Shown one piece after another: positions 1 to 10,335 of a stretch of 64,000 nt of DNA; within the stretch, counting starts at the first letter, position 1; each line of letters starts with the position of its first letter. The notes beneath the pieces were generated by a model. The model worked only from the letters and a program-made list of their open reading frames with translations, was not told the DNA's origin and did no database searches. Made by a program: the position numbers and the translations under genes. Source of the stretch: Candidatus Heimdallarchaeota archaeon (GTDB taxonomy: Archaea > Asgardarchaeota > Heimdallarchaeia > Hodarchaeales > Hodarchaeaceae); NCBI GenBank assembly GCA_048881705.1, contig JBHLSH010000001.1, positions 128,001 to 192,000 of the forward strand, given 5' to 3'.

Positions 1-138
1 AGAAATAGGTATCACGTCTATAAAAGAGGAAAGGAGTACCGAAATTATCGCCAACCACATTAAAAAGAGTTTAGGAGAATTTTTTCTCGAAATATTTCGC
101 TTAGGGATACCAATGAATGCCAAAGTATGATTTTTCAT
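1..138 (-). CDS. 5' fragment of a probable secreted or membrane protein (runs off the window edge)
   Basis: Hand-translated from ATG at 138: MKNHTLAFIGIPKRNISRKNSPKLFLMWLAIISVLLSSFIDVIPIS. Basic then hydrophobic, signal-peptide-like, open to position 1; not in the ORF track. Confidence 0.45.
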   Translation of the reverse strand, partial: MKNHTLAFIGIPKRNISRKNSPKLFLMWLAIISVLLSSFIDVIPIS

Positions 139-376
139 TGTTGTAGACACTTTTTATCCATTTAATTCTCCTAGAGGTTCTATGGATCAGGATTTCTGAA
201 TAAAAGATATGATAACGAGAGAACAATAACAATGTTTTAAAAACTCGGGGGACAGGATTCTACCGAGTAATGATTGATACTCAATTTCCCAGCTTAAAAA
301 AGAATTTCATTCCGCGCTGATCGAAACCACAGTTTGGTAAACATAAAAACCATAATAGGCAAATCTGGCGATAAAT

Positions 377-1009
377 GTGCATTCTTCGGTTCGACTTGTT
401 AAGAAAAGGCTTCAATTAAGTCAAAAAAAGTGGAACCAAATCCAAAACCACTCATTACGGACAGTTAATTCGATCCTAACAGTACTTTCACGACTGAATA
501 TGATTCAAGCGAGACCCGAGGTTTTTTCTGAACTGTTATTAAAGGAATTCGTGGATATACCAGATCGCCTTGCATATCGACTTGCTGACATTATCAATAA
601 AAACCTTGCAGACTTGAATCGCTATCTCTCTCAATTTTCAGATGTATTAAAAGAGATGCGGAAAATCGAAACACAATTTCGGCTTGATTTTTCAGAGCTT
701 GCCAAGAAAAAGGTTTTAGGTGAAAACCCTGTTGGAGGAGAGCATGATCTGGAGGTTATTGAGCAGGCTGAGCTGACTATCCAAAAGATCGTAGATATGT
801 ACGAAACGGAATTGTCTCTTCGTCAGGCAATCATTGCTGAAATTCAGGATATGACAGCCTTACAACCAGCTCATATCACGGCTTACTTGGTCTTATGGTC
901 TTCCGAAATCTATATCGAGCCAAACAAGATCGTCGAGCTGATTGAAGAGTTTACCCACGTTGAGAAAATCTATCGCCAATCCTATGATTCTTTACCAAAA
1001 TCACGCTGA
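377..1009 (+). CDS. Helical protein resembling the C1orf109/AIRIM (CA109-like) family
   Basis: 210 aa; W..IQ..SL..V.SI...L.RL near the N-terminus and MY..EL.LRQ.II..I...LW..E.YI near the C-terminus match the remembered family pattern and length. Confidence 0.5.
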   Translation: MHSSVRLVKKRLQLSQKKWNQIQNHSLRTVNSILTVLSRLNMIQARPEVFSELLLKEFVDIPDRLAYRLADIINKNLADLNRYLSQFSDVLKEMRKIETQFRLDFSELAKKKVLGENPVGGEHDLEVIEQAELTIQKIVDMYETELSLRQAIIAEIQDMTALQPAHITAYLVLWSSEIYIEPNKIVELIEEFTHVEKIYRQSYDSLPKSR

Positions 1010-1014
1010 AGAAT

Positions 1015-2418
1015 TCAACTTGCGTGGTAATTTCCTCTGTGTAATAAGGTGTTAATTGACCCTTTTTGGAATTCTTGGATCAAAACTTGTTGAACTAGAT
1101 CATTAACGGCATATGCAGGTTCTCCTTGTCCCAGGAGGGTTTTAACTAGATTCATCGTAAATTCGAGATCTTTACGCGCATGATGTTCATTACCTTCTGC
1201 ATATATGGCTACTCCTCTAAGTTGTGCATTATCAGGGCCGGTTTGGGAAGTAAACACACATTGTTTGTCGCCAGCGGTCAAATGATCTGGAGTATGTCCA
1301 ATGAGATCGGAACTCATTGATTGAATTGCCGAAAATAACCCCGTGTACAAACAAACTTCTTGCCCAGCTGGACGATGGCTAGCAAAAAGAGGTAACCCTC
1401 CATCTTCAAAGATATAGACTTCGGACTCAGTAAAAATCTGTCCTAGTACTTTGTATCGCCCATCTTCATCTGGGGAGTTTTCTATATCTAAAACGCTAGT
1501 ATCGACACCATTAACGCCTTGTGAAGTATCCAGCGAGGTTATCAAGCTATCTATCTCTTGGAGCGGGGCTGGCAATACTGCTTCGATCGGATGGTTATCT
1601 GTCAGCATGAGAGCCATTGTATATTCGGGAAAACAAGACCCTACTACATTCGAAAAATGATTTTGGAGATCTTTTCCAAATGTGGTCGAGAGTCGCCCAA
1701 CAATTCTGTTCATTTCTTTCAAACTTAAAGGATCCTGCGAATGGACAGTAACGAAGAGAGTTTCGAGTTTTTCAAGGTTTTCTGGTTGACTTATAGCCAA
1801 CATCTGTCCTGCCTTATCTATTGCATCCATCGTACAAGTTTCAAGGGCGGGAGATGATGAAAATCCGTAGAATAATTGTTCTGTGTTTCCAAAAATCTGA
1901 ATGAGATCAGAAAACGTTACACCCAATCCCTTTGGAGATTGAAAAACTGAGATAATGGAATCTAGAAGTACTAGAAATTCCCAACGAGATTGTTCTTCTT
2001 TGGAATCTAGGTGGAAATAGCTTCCTGGAATTAATTTGTGATCTTCCTTTTCGAAACCCGTTCCTATGTCAATCAAAAGAGGGATTGCCCCATTACTTCG
2101 GATTGAGTCAAGAACTCGCATCAGGATTGGAAGTGTAGTTGTATCAGAGGAATTAAAAATAAATAGCAAAAAATAGGCGTTTAATAGATTATGTACTTGC
2201 GACAAAACGGCTTCAGAATTGAAAACAATTATTTGATCACACAGATCATCCGAGACAGGATGAGCGGTAAGGTGCAATAGTGGCAGACGCGCCTCTTCTC
2301 TTACATCCAAGTACTCTCGGATGATATCCAAGGCGGAAGGAATATCTCCGATGCAGACTATTTTTCCACGAGGTCGAAAATACCCTAATAGGGCACTATC
2401 TTCAATAGTCATGTTCAA
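1015..2418 (-). CDS. Degenerate FtsZ/tubulin-like domain fused to a C-terminal longin-like domain
   Basis: SPKGLGVTFSDLIQIF resembles the FtsZ T7 region PGLINLDFADV; FtsZ C-domain pattern LFVTVHSQDPLSLKEMNRIV...HFSNVV...MALMLTD; no GGGTG(S/T)G. C-terminal VYIFEDGGLPLF...LYTGLFSAIQSMSSDLIG is a typical Asgard longin-like motif. Confidence 0.6.
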   Translation of the reverse strand: MNMTIEDSALLGYFRPRGKIVCIGDIPSALDIIREYLDVREEARLPLLHLTAHPVSDDLCDQIIVFNSEAVLSQVHNLLNAYFLLFIFNSSDTTTLPILMRVLDSIRSNGAIPLLIDIGTGFEKEDHKLIPGSYFHLDSKEEQSRWEFLVLLDSIISVFQSPKGLGVTFSDLIQIFGNTEQLFYGFSSSPALETCTMDAIDKAGQMLAISQPENLEKLETLFVTVHSQDPLSLKEMNRIVGRLSTTFGKDLQNHFSNVVGSCFPEYTMALMLTDNHPIEAVLPAPLQEIDSLITSLDTSQGVNGVDTSVLDIENSPDEDGRYKVLGQIFTESEVYIFEDGGLPLFASHRPAGQEVCLYTGLFSAIQSMSSDLIGHTPDHLTAGDKQCVFTSQTGPDNAQLRGVAIYAEGNEHHARKDLEFTMNLVKTLLGQGEPAYAVNDLVQQVLIQEFQKGSINTLLHRGNYHAS

Positions 2419-2677
2419 AGCTATTTCTCTTCTTCAATGTTAACCTAGTTTTCTGTTTAGCTGTTGTCTTGATAGAATTGGGTGAAAACAAGGATCGGAT
2501 TAAAAGTGGGGGAGTCTACCTCATTAACCGCCATATCATGTTGGAGTTATCAGATCCTAGTTACTTCACAGTTCATCCAGATTAACTAATTTTCCGAAAA
2601 AGATGAGGCGAAAATAAAAAAACCATCGAAACTCGAACTCCATTGAAACAAATTACACTGAAGAGAACGAACTTTCA

Positions 2678-4597
2678 ATGAGCTTTGAAATCAACAAATG
2701 TGATGGTCAGGGAAGAGCAGGCATTTGGAAAGAAGGGAACCTTGGAACGCCAACCTTCGTTAATCTCTGTTCATCGGCATTTCCGACATCACAATCCGAT
2801 TTTCTTGGATTCACACAAATCCCAAAGCATAATACAAGCGAACTCTATCATTCGGGTAATACCAAAGCACGAGACGGAGGAGATGATACTAAATTTCCTA
2901 ATTGCTATGTATATCCCTCGCTGCAGGTTCAAGGAAAGTCAATACGTGATCTCAGACAGATTACGGATTTTTTTCCTGAAAATACGATCCATAAATCATC
3001 TTCTCATCGATCTTTTCATTTAATCCCCTGGGATTTACCTACTATCTATCTCGATGGATTTGGTGAATATGTTACGACTCTCAATAATCTTGAAGAACAG
3101 AATCCTTCAAGCAACTTACAATTCTTTCTAAATGTGCCATTTAGAAAGGAAATACTCAATAATAACCTTCCAAAACTGATGGCCAAATCGATTGTGGGGA
3201 TCAGCTTAGGGGATCTTTCAGCAGTTGTCTCAAATCCCAAATCACTCATCGAATATATCAATCGAATTAGGTCATGGATGTCTCCTCGACGATTATTGTA
3301 TGCTCCTGGTATTCCAATTACATACATCCCGATATTGGTGTACCTTGGAGTTGATATTTTCGATTTTTTGCAGCTGGAATTAATTTCAGGGGCCACACCT
3401 TATCGACCTGGCGTATTATTTGAGCAAAACCCTTCCCTCATCAAATTCATTGATATTTTAGAACAGACACAGAATGCACTCATGGAAGGAACCTTAAGGG
3501 ATATGGTAAGAGTTTTTGCAAATGCATATCCACCTCTTAAAGCTATCCTGCGTCGAATTGACCAAGATATCCCGGTAGAGGGTACGCCACTTTATAGAAC
3601 CCAAAGATTATTGTGTACAGATGAAACAGACTTCACTAGACCCGAAGTGTCCTCTTTTCGTGAACGGGTACGTTCACGTTATTTTCCCTCACCCAAGACT
3701 GAAGGGATAATATTTCTCCCGTGTTCGGCCAAAAAACCATATTCTACATCAAAATCGCATGCCAGATTTAAAGGTACAATAAAACGGGCCATAAAACGCC
3801 GGCGCCACTTGATCCAGGAAATAATTTTAACCAGTCCTTTGGGAGTGGTGCCCCGAGAACTAGAATACACATATCCTGCGGGACATTATGACATACCGGT
3901 GACCGATTATTGGACAATTGAAGAGAAAAGTCATATAACCGAAGACATTCGAAACCTCTTGGCGAAACTTGATCCATCTTTACCCCTTGTTGGCTTTGTA
4001 AGGGGAACCGATCGTGAAATCTTAGCCGAAGCTTGCGATCAAGAAGGTCGTACTATTCATCTCGCCGACCCCGATATCGGGCATTTAACGTCCCCTGAAA
4101 GTCTCCGACACTTCAGTACTCTCTTAAGGGCGGCTTTTGGAGGGATTACCATAAATGAAACATCCTCCAGCCGTCTATTATTCCTCAGAACAATAGCTGA
4201 TTTTCAATTTGGAAAAGGAACGGGAAACTTGTTACTTCCCGATCAGGCAAGAATATCAGGCCATCTAGATCATGGATTGCGGGTAACGATGGATGGAAAA
4301 CATCTTGTTACGTTTCGCCCCGAAACAGGATTACTGACATTATCTCTCGCTGCTGGGCAACGAATAATGAACTATACTGAGAATATTGTTGTATTTGACG
4401 GTGAAAAAATCCAGGGTTCCACAATTTTTGCTCTCGGTATAATTCACGCCAATACTGCCATCCGCCCCAATGATGAAGTCTTGGTTGTGAACAAGGAAGG
4501 ACAGCTAATTGCAGTAGGAACATCATATCTTTCAGGCTGCCTATTGGTTGAAATGAATCGGGGAAAAGGAATAAAAATACGGCAAAAAGTGAATTAA
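2678..4597 (+). CDS. arcS: Archaeosine synthase subunit alpha (ArcS): TGT-like barrel, DUF5591 and PUA domains
   Basis: LPCSAKKPYSTSKSH motif, TSPLGVVPRELE, YDIPVT, C-terminal PUA domain; directly upstream of RaSEA. Confidence 0.9.
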   Translation: MSFEINKCDGQGRAGIWKEGNLGTPTFVNLCSSAFPTSQSDFLGFTQIPKHNTSELYHSGNTKARDGGDDTKFPNCYVYPSLQVQGKSIRDLRQITDFFPENTIHKSSSHRSFHLIPWDLPTIYLDGFGEYVTTLNNLEEQNPSSNLQFFLNVPFRKEILNNNLPKLMAKSIVGISLGDLSAVVSNPKSLIEYINRIRSWMSPRRLLYAPGIPITYIPILVYLGVDIFDFLQLELISGATPYRPGVLFEQNPSLIKFIDILEQTQNALMEGTLRDMVRVFANAYPPLKAILRRIDQDIPVEGTPLYRTQRLLCTDETDFTRPEVSSFRERVRSRYFPSPKTEGIIFLPCSAKKPYSTSKSHARFKGTIKRAIKRRRHLIQEIILTSPLGVVPRELEYTYPAGHYDIPVTDYWTIEEKSHITEDIRNLLAKLDPSLPLVGFVRGTDREILAEACDQEGRTIHLADPDIGHLTSPESLRHFSTLLRAAFGGITINETSSSRLLFLRTIADFQFGKGTGNLLLPDQARISGHLDHGLRVTMDGKHLVTFRPETGLLTLSLAAGQRIMNYTENIVVFDGEKIQGSTIFALGIIHANTAIRPNDEVLVVNKEGQLIAVGTSYLSGCLLVEMNRGKGIKIRQKVN

Positions 4598-4598
4598 A

Positions 4599-5705
4599 AT
4601 GTCTCCGTCTCTAAATTTTCGTTTGGCTTCGACGATAACAAAACTTCGACATGAATATCTTGCTCTCCAAAAAGAAGATGCTCATCAAAAGCTATGGGAT
4701 AAATTCGAAAAAGGTCCCGGATTTAATACTTTGACGGTCGTAATCCCTACAAGGGGGTGTAGCTGGGCATTGTCTGGAAATGGCGGGTGTTCTATGTGTG
4801 GATATGTCAATGATTCCTCCCGGGATCAACCTATCCCCTCTGAGCGAATCTTAAGAAATATAAGAAATCAACTATTAGAAAATCACGAGGAAAAACCTAT
4901 TCATCTGAAGATCTATAACTCTGGAAGTTTTTTTGATCAATGGGATGTTCCGAAAAATCTTCGTGACCAGCTAATTAGGCTTATTCAAGAAACTCCGAAT
5001 GTATTCAAGCTAAGTGTAGAAAGTAAATCGGAATATATCCTCTCCTGTTTTGATCTTATCAAGGAAGCTGCCAAACAATTGGCTCCTAAAGAGCTAGAGA
5101 TCGGTATTGGATTAGAAAGTTCAAACGATGCAATCATAAGGGATTGCCACAATAAAGGCACCTCCTTGGATGTGTATAACCAAAGTGTGCAGCTACTTCG
5201 GCCCTTAGGGGTTCGAATCAAGACCTATATACTTATAAAACCCCCCTTTCTTACCGAAGCCGATTCTATAAGAGATGCTATCCAAACAGCTATCGAAGCA
5301 GCCAAGATCGGAACTGATATCATTTCTTTCAGTCCGTGCACCGTTCAAAGCGGAACCTTGGTAGACTTTCTTTATAGACAGGACCGATACCAACCACCTT
5401 GGCTATGGTCAGTTCTTTACATTGTCCGAGAGATTCGCTCTCTTTACCCATCACTACCTATCATCTGTGATCCAGTCGCTGCAGGAAAACCGAGAGGAGC
5501 CCACAACTGTGGAAAATGCGATACACAGGTACTTGAAGAAATTAATAGAATGACAGCTTCCGAAAGCATCCCTCGGAATCTTTCTGAACTTTCTGACATC
5601 TGTACCTGTCATTACAAGTGGATACGTTTGGTACAAACCCCAATCGAAATTTTCCGCTCACGAAACCTTTCGCAGCTACGAAAGTCATACCCTTTAGAAA
5701 ACTAA
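4599..5705 (+). CDS. Archaeosine biosynthesis radical SAM protein RaSEA (TIGR01210-like)
   Basis: RGCSWALSGNGGCSMCGY cluster motif, YNSGSFFD, IGLES, YILIKPPFLTE, YQPPWLWS, RGAHNCGKCD; 1 bp after arcS. Confidence 0.9.
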   Translation: MSPSLNFRLASTITKLRHEYLALQKEDAHQKLWDKFEKGPGFNTLTVVIPTRGCSWALSGNGGCSMCGYVNDSSRDQPIPSERILRNIRNQLLENHEEKPIHLKIYNSGSFFDQWDVPKNLRDQLIRLIQETPNVFKLSVESKSEYILSCFDLIKEAAKQLAPKELEIGIGLESSNDAIIRDCHNKGTSLDVYNQSVQLLRPLGVRIKTYILIKPPFLTEADSIRDAIQTAIEAAKIGTDIISFSPCTVQSGTLVDFLYRQDRYQPPWLWSVLYIVREIRSLYPSLPIICDPVAAGKPRGAHNCGKCDTQVLEEINRMTASESIPRNLSELSDICTCHYKWIRLVQTPIEIFRSRNLSQLRKSYPLEN

Positions 5706-5715
5706 CCTCTCACTC

Positions 5716-6864
5716 TTACGTCTTTGAAGTAAGGAATTTTTGGAGTTCCTTGGCATCATGGAAAACATAACTGTCATCAATCTCTTCTCGTATACGTTGA
5801 AGAGTCTGTTTGACGGGCTTTTTCAGCTTTGGAGGAATTTTTACCTTGAGTCCAACATAAAAATCTCCTCTTTGAGAGCTATTTGGTATGGGAGCTCCTT
5901 TCTTCCTTATCGTGATGATCTCCCCACTCTCAGTCCCAGGGGCTACTGTGATTCTTTCTGTTCCGTTAATAGAGGGAACAGTGAGCTTTACGCCTAGGAT
6001 GGCATCAATAAAACTTATAGGGTACTCAAGTAGGATATCTGCCCCGCTACGCTTGAAAAAAGGATGAGGATCTACGGATATAACCAAGAGCAGATCACCA
6101 CGAGGACCCCCTAATTCACCAGGCCGGCCTTCGCCACGCATAATCACTCGCATTCCAGAGTCCACGCCAGCGGGAATATTGGCCTCAACCGTTCTAAATT
6201 GTTTAACCTTGCCAACACCATCGCATGTTTCACATTCGGCACCACGAGGAATTGTTTGACCTTCTCCTCGGCAACGGGGGCATGTTGAAATATTTACAAT
6301 TTGGCCAAAGGCAGACCGCTGAACTTGACGGATTTCCCCGGTTCCTTGGCAGGTAGAACAAGTGGACGATGATTTACCGGGTTTTACTTTCATTCCGTGG
6401 CAAGTCGGACATTGTGCCCAATTGGGTACCTTTATTTTCTTGGTTAGTCCATTCATTGCTTCTTCAAACGAGATTTCTAGATTAAGATGGACATCAGCCC
6501 CACGTTGAGGTCGTGGTCGGGAAGTTCGTGCTCGAGTCCCTCCTCCAAAGCCGCCAAAGAGATCCTCAAAGATACCAAAACCTCGGAATAAATCCTCAAA
6601 GCCCATACCTGAAAAATCGGTGAAAGGTGTACCAGAAATTCCCGCGTGACCGTATCGGTCGTATCGAGCTCGATTTTCACTGTCAGAGAGTACTTCGAAG
6701 GCCTCTGCGGCTTCCTTGAATTTGTTTTCAGCGTCAGGGTCATCAGGTTTCATGTCAGGGTGATATTTTCTCGCTAGCTTACGAAATGCCTTCTTAATTG
6801 TCTTGAGATCCGCATCCCTGGGAACTCCCAAGACTTCATAGTAATCCCGCTTGTTTTCGCTCAT
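5716..6864 (-). CDS. dnaJ: Chaperone DnaJ
   Basis: J domain with HPD, G/F-rich linker, four CxxCxGxG-type repeats, C-terminal domains. Confidence 0.97.
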   Translation of the reverse strand: MSENKRDYYEVLGVPRDADLKTIKKAFRKLARKYHPDMKPDDPDAENKFKEAAEAFEVLSDSENRARYDRYGHAGISGTPFTDFSGMGFEDLFRGFGIFEDLFGGFGGGTRARTSRPRPQRGADVHLNLEISFEEAMNGLTKKIKVPNWAQCPTCHGMKVKPGKSSSTCSTCQGTGEIRQVQRSAFGQIVNISTCPRCRGEGQTIPRGAECETCDGVGKVKQFRTVEANIPAGVDSGMRVIMRGEGRPGELGGPRGDLLLVISVDPHPFFKRSGADILLEYPISFIDAILGVKLTVPSINGTERITVAPGTESGEIITIRKKGAPIPNSSQRGDFYVGLKVKIPPKLKKPVKQTLQRIREEIDDSYVFHDAKELQKFLTSKT

Positions 6865-6931
6865 CTATGTCACTTTGATGATATTATAAACCTTTGTGGA
6901 AACAGGGAAGATATATGCCCGCCTACTAGGG

Positions 6932-8797
6932 TTATTTTTTATCCTCATCCACAATTTCGTAATCGACATCTACTACTTCAGATTCATCAGCGCCTGCAGG
7001 TGCTCCCTGAAATCCTGAGCCAGGTGCTCCTTGGAAATCTGCTCCAGCAGCTCCTTGTGCTTGGGCTTGTTGAGCATACATCTGCTGTGCCAATTGATGA
7101 GTTACCTTTTCAAGTTCTTCTACATTCTGTTTAATAGCAGCAACATTTTGTCCCTGTAGAGCCGTTTTTGTTGCCTCAATTTGCTTCTCGGCCTGGGTAC
7201 GCAAACCACTGTCAACAGCATCTCCTAGATCCTTGAGCAGCTTCTCAGTCTGATAAACCAGCGAATCGGCCTTATTTCGAGTTTCAGCTGCTTGGAGTCG
7301 CTCTGTATCTTCGGTCTCGTATTTCGCTGCCTCATCTACCATCCGTTGGAGGTCAGCTGCGCTAAGCCCACTATCGCTTTTAATTGTGACTTTCTGTTCA
7401 TTTCCTGTTCCCAGATCTTTCGCTGATACATGGGCAATTCCATTGGCATCCATATCAAAGGTCACTTCAATTTGAGGGATACCCCTAAGAGCAGGTGGGA
7501 TCCCTACAAGTTGAAATCTCCCCAAAGTAATATTATCCCCAGCCATCTTTCGTTCTCCCTGCAGCACGTGAATTTCTACGCTGGGTTGGTTATCAGCTGC
7601 AGTAGAAAAGATTTGACTCTTTTTTGTGGGAATTGTGGTGTTTCTGTCAATTAGTCTGGTGAAAACTCCACCCAAGGTTTCTATTCCAAGCGATAAAGGA
7701 GTAACATCAAGAAGCAAAACACCTTCGACGTCACCAAGCAAAATTGCCGCTTGAACTGCGGCTCCCAGGGCAACGCATTCATCTGGATTGATTTCTTTAG
7801 TAGGCTCTTTTCGGAAGTACGAACGTATAGCAGATTGGACGGCAGGAACACGGGTAGATCCGCCCACAAGCAGTATCTTGTCAATTTCAGAGGGTTGCAG
7901 CTTCGCATCTGAAAGCGCCTGCCGTGTTGGGCCCATTGCTGCTTCTATTAGATCTGCAATCATGATCTCAAATTTCGCTCGCGTGAGAGTGAGATTTAGA
8001 TGCTTTGGGCCCGAACTATCCGCATAAATATAAGGTAAATTGATTTCCGCACTTGTTTTCTGAGACAATTCGATTTTGGCCTGCTCTGATGCATCTTTTA
8101 AGCGCTGCATAGCCATGGGATCCTTGGATAAATCGAGTCCCGAATCTTTCCGGAATTCTTCCACAATCCAATCCATAATCCGTTGGTCCATATCATCCCC
8201 TCCTAATCGATTGTTACCTGAGGTAGCTTTAACCTCGAAAACTCCTTCAGAAAGTTCGAGAATCGAGACATCAAAGGTTCCTCCTCCTAGATCGAAAACG
8301 AGGATAGTTTGTTCCTCTTCTTTATCTAGACCGTACGCCAATGAAGCGCTGGTCGGTTCATTAATAATCCGCATCACATCCAGTCCGGCAATTCGACCTG
8401 CATCCTTAGTTGCCTGCCGTTGGGAATCGGAGAAGTATGCCGGGACTGTAATTACCGCTTTTTGGATTGTTTCCCCTAGATATGCTTCGGCATCGCGCTT
8501 AAGTTTTTGAAGAATCATAGCACTAATTTCAGGGGGCTTATAGGTTTTTCCGTCAATATCTATCGTAAAATTGGTTCCCATTTCACGTTTAATTGATCGT
8601 ATTGTTCGTTCGGGTTTTGAAATAGCCTGACGTTTAGCCAATACCCCAACAACGCGTTCACCATCTTTAGAAATGGTCACTACGCTTGGAGTTGTTCTTT
8701 GTCCTTCTGCGTTAGGAATAATAACAGGTTTTCCGCCTTCCATTGTAGCAATGGCGGAGAATGTTGTCCCTAGATCTATACCGATAGGTCGTGTCAC
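6932..8797 (-). CDS. dnaK: Chaperone DnaK (Hsp70)
   Basis: [29 protein letters not shown] and LVGGSTRVP motifs; short N-terminal form typical of archaea and Gram-positive bacteria. Confidence 0.98.
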   Translation of the reverse strand: MTRPIGIDLGTTFSAIATMEGGKPVIIPNAEGQRTTPSVVTISKDGERVVGVLAKRQAISKPERTIRSIKREMGTNFTIDIDGKTYKPPEISAMILQKLKRDAEAYLGETIQKAVITVPAYFSDSQRQATKDAGRIAGLDVMRIINEPTSASLAYGLDKEEEQTILVFDLGGGTFDVSILELSEGVFEVKATSGNNRLGGDDMDQRIMDWIVEEFRKDSGLDLSKDPMAMQRLKDASEQAKIELSQKTSAEINLPYIYADSSGPKHLNLTLTRAKFEIMIADLIEAAMGPTRQALSDAKLQPSEIDKILLVGGSTRVPAVQSAIRSYFRKEPTKEINPDECVALGAAVQAAILLGDVEGVLLLDVTPLSLGIETLGGVFTRLIDRNTTIPTKKSQIFSTAADNQPSVEIHVLQGERKMAGDNITLGRFQLVGIPPALRGIPQIEVTFDMDANGIAHVSAKDLGTGNEQKVTIKSDSGLSAADLQRMVDEAAKYETEDTERLQAAETRNKADSLVYQTEKLLKDLGDAVDSGLRTQAEKQIEATKTALQGQNVAAIKQNVEELEKVTHQLAQQMYAQQAQAQGAAGADFQGAPGSGFQGAPAGADESEVVDVDYEIVDEDKK

Positions 8798-8815
8798 TTA
8801 AAGTTCACCTTCTCA

Positions 8816-9445
8816 TTATGGTTCTTGGTTTTGTTTTGCAATAATAACTTTAGCAGGCCGTAGTAGCGAAGAGTTTATCAGATATCCAGTTTCTATTTCC
8901 TCTAAAATGGTGTCTTCCTCTTCGGAAGAGGAACGTACCGAAACAACTTCATGGAGATTAGGATCGAACTTCTCACCAAGGGCCTGGATCGGTTTAACAC
9001 CCTCATTCTTCAGAAAACTCTGGAATTGCTTATGAATCGCTTGAAAACCAGTTAAGATTTCATCAGGATCTAGCTGATCTTTAACCCAACTCGTTTCAGC
9101 TTTTTGAAAGCTATGGGCAATACTTAGCAGCTTCAACAGCAATTTTTCGTTGGCCTGCTTCAGAAGTCGAGCCTGCTCGGCCTGAGAGCGTTTCCTCAGA
9201 TTCTCGTAGTCAGCAAGCGCTCGAAGATAACGTCGATGAAGCTTGTTGTACTCATCATCTTTCTCTTCCAGCTTTTCATAGAGCCCTTTAATCTCAGCTA
9301 AGAGCGGTTCGCTAGGACGCTCTGCGCTTTCTGGCGTCTTCTGGTTTGACATCGTTTCAGCTTGTTCAATCTGTTCGTCAATGTCCAAATATTCGCTTTC
9401 ACTGTCATCGGGAGTCTTGGTTTTTTTCTCGACCATTGTTATCAA
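8816..9445 (-). CDS. grpE: Nucleotide exchange factor GrpE
   Basis: ALADYENLRKR, FDPNLHEVV and GYLINSSLLRPAKV motifs; upstream of dnaK. Confidence 0.96.
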   Translation of the reverse strand: MITMVEKKTKTPDDSESEYLDIDEQIEQAETMSNQKTPESAERPSEPLLAEIKGLYEKLEEKDDEYNKLHRRYLRALADYENLRKRSQAEQARLLKQANEKLLLKLLSIAHSFQKAETSWVKDQLDPDEILTGFQAIHKQFQSFLKNEGVKPIQALGEKFDPNLHEVVSVRSSSEEEDTILEEIETGYLINSSLLRPAKVIIAKQNQEP

Positions 9446-9446
9446 T

Positions 9447-10172
9447 TCACCCTTTTTTATTGTTTATGGCGGTTTCAAGCTTATTAAGAAGAATAAGACC
9501 TTTTTTAGGGAGAAGATCCTTCTCCTGAAGTCGACGTAGTGAAATAAGGAGATCCTCTCGTTTAGATTTAACCTCTTTCTGAACTAGCTCAAGAGTAATT
9601 GGGTCACTCCGAGAGAAAATCGTGTATGCCAATTCTCGGTCTTTTCGATGTGCATCCCCTTCTAATTTCATGGATATTGTTTCGTTTAGATCTCCTGTTA
9701 TCGAGAGTTTTCTACTCAGAAGAAAATTCTCAATCTCCTGAGCCTGATTTAGAGCGGCATCTAGCGTCTGAATTTGCTGATCGAAATCGGAATTCTGCGT
9801 TTCAAGAGCCTCCTCTAGACTCAATGTAAGATCTCGACTCAGAGATTCAGCATGGCTCTTCATCGGCTGGTGTCCTAGTGTAATATCCAAAACATCAAAT
9901 TTGAACGCATGACGGGTTAAAGTAATTCGCACAGCTATATTCTTAGCGATCCTATAGAGTTTCCTAGCGGGACCATGTGGTCCCTCAACCGTCTCGCATT
10001 CTAGCCACTCATGATCCAATAGAAGATGAAGATGCTTTTGTAACGTCTGATTTGATCTATTGAGCTCTTGAGCTAGCTGAAAGAGATATTTAGGTTCTTG
10101 TGTAACCGAACGTAGAATGTCTCGCCGAGTTTTATTCCCAACCAGCCAGAAAAAGTCTTCTTCATCCATCAA
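9447..10172 (-). CDS. ArsR-family winged-helix regulator, Phr/HSR1-like heat-shock repressor
   Basis: LVGNKTRRDIL...QLAQEL...LQKHLHLL...GPARKLYRI...ITLT resembles Pyrococcus Phr; first gene of the grpE-dnaK-dnaJ run, 1 bp from grpE. Confidence 0.75.
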   Translation of the reverse strand: MMDEEDFFWLVGNKTRRDILRSVTQEPKYLFQLAQELNRSNQTLQKHLHLLLDHEWLECETVEGPHGPARKLYRIAKNIAVRITLTRHAFKFDVLDITLGHQPMKSHAESLSRDLTLSLEEALETQNSDFDQQIQTLDAALNQAQEIENFLLSRKLSITGDLNETISMKLEGDAHRKDRELAYTIFSRSDPITLELVQKEVKSKREDLLISLRRLQEKDLLPKKGLILLNKLETAINNKKG

Positions 10173-10335
10173 ACCGACACCAGTCGTCGTAAAAGTCTTT
10201 TTATCTCGAGTAATCGCTCATTTGCTATTCAGTTATATATTGCACTAGTATAAAGTCGTATTGACTAGATTATCTCGATCCTAGTTAGTCTCAAAACCTA
10301 GAGAAATCTCCCGAACCAGCCCAAAAATAAATATG

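Noticed and set aside
5208-5220. GGTTCGAATC T-loop-like tRNA motif
   Set aside because: Inside the RaSEA coding sequence, with no cloverleaf around it.
8076-8510. 144-aa plus-strand ORF; likewise 43525-43983, 52917-53348 and the other nested ORFs
   Set aside because: Shadow ORFs inside well-supported genes (dnaK, nrdJ, lipA and others), with no protein-like motifs.
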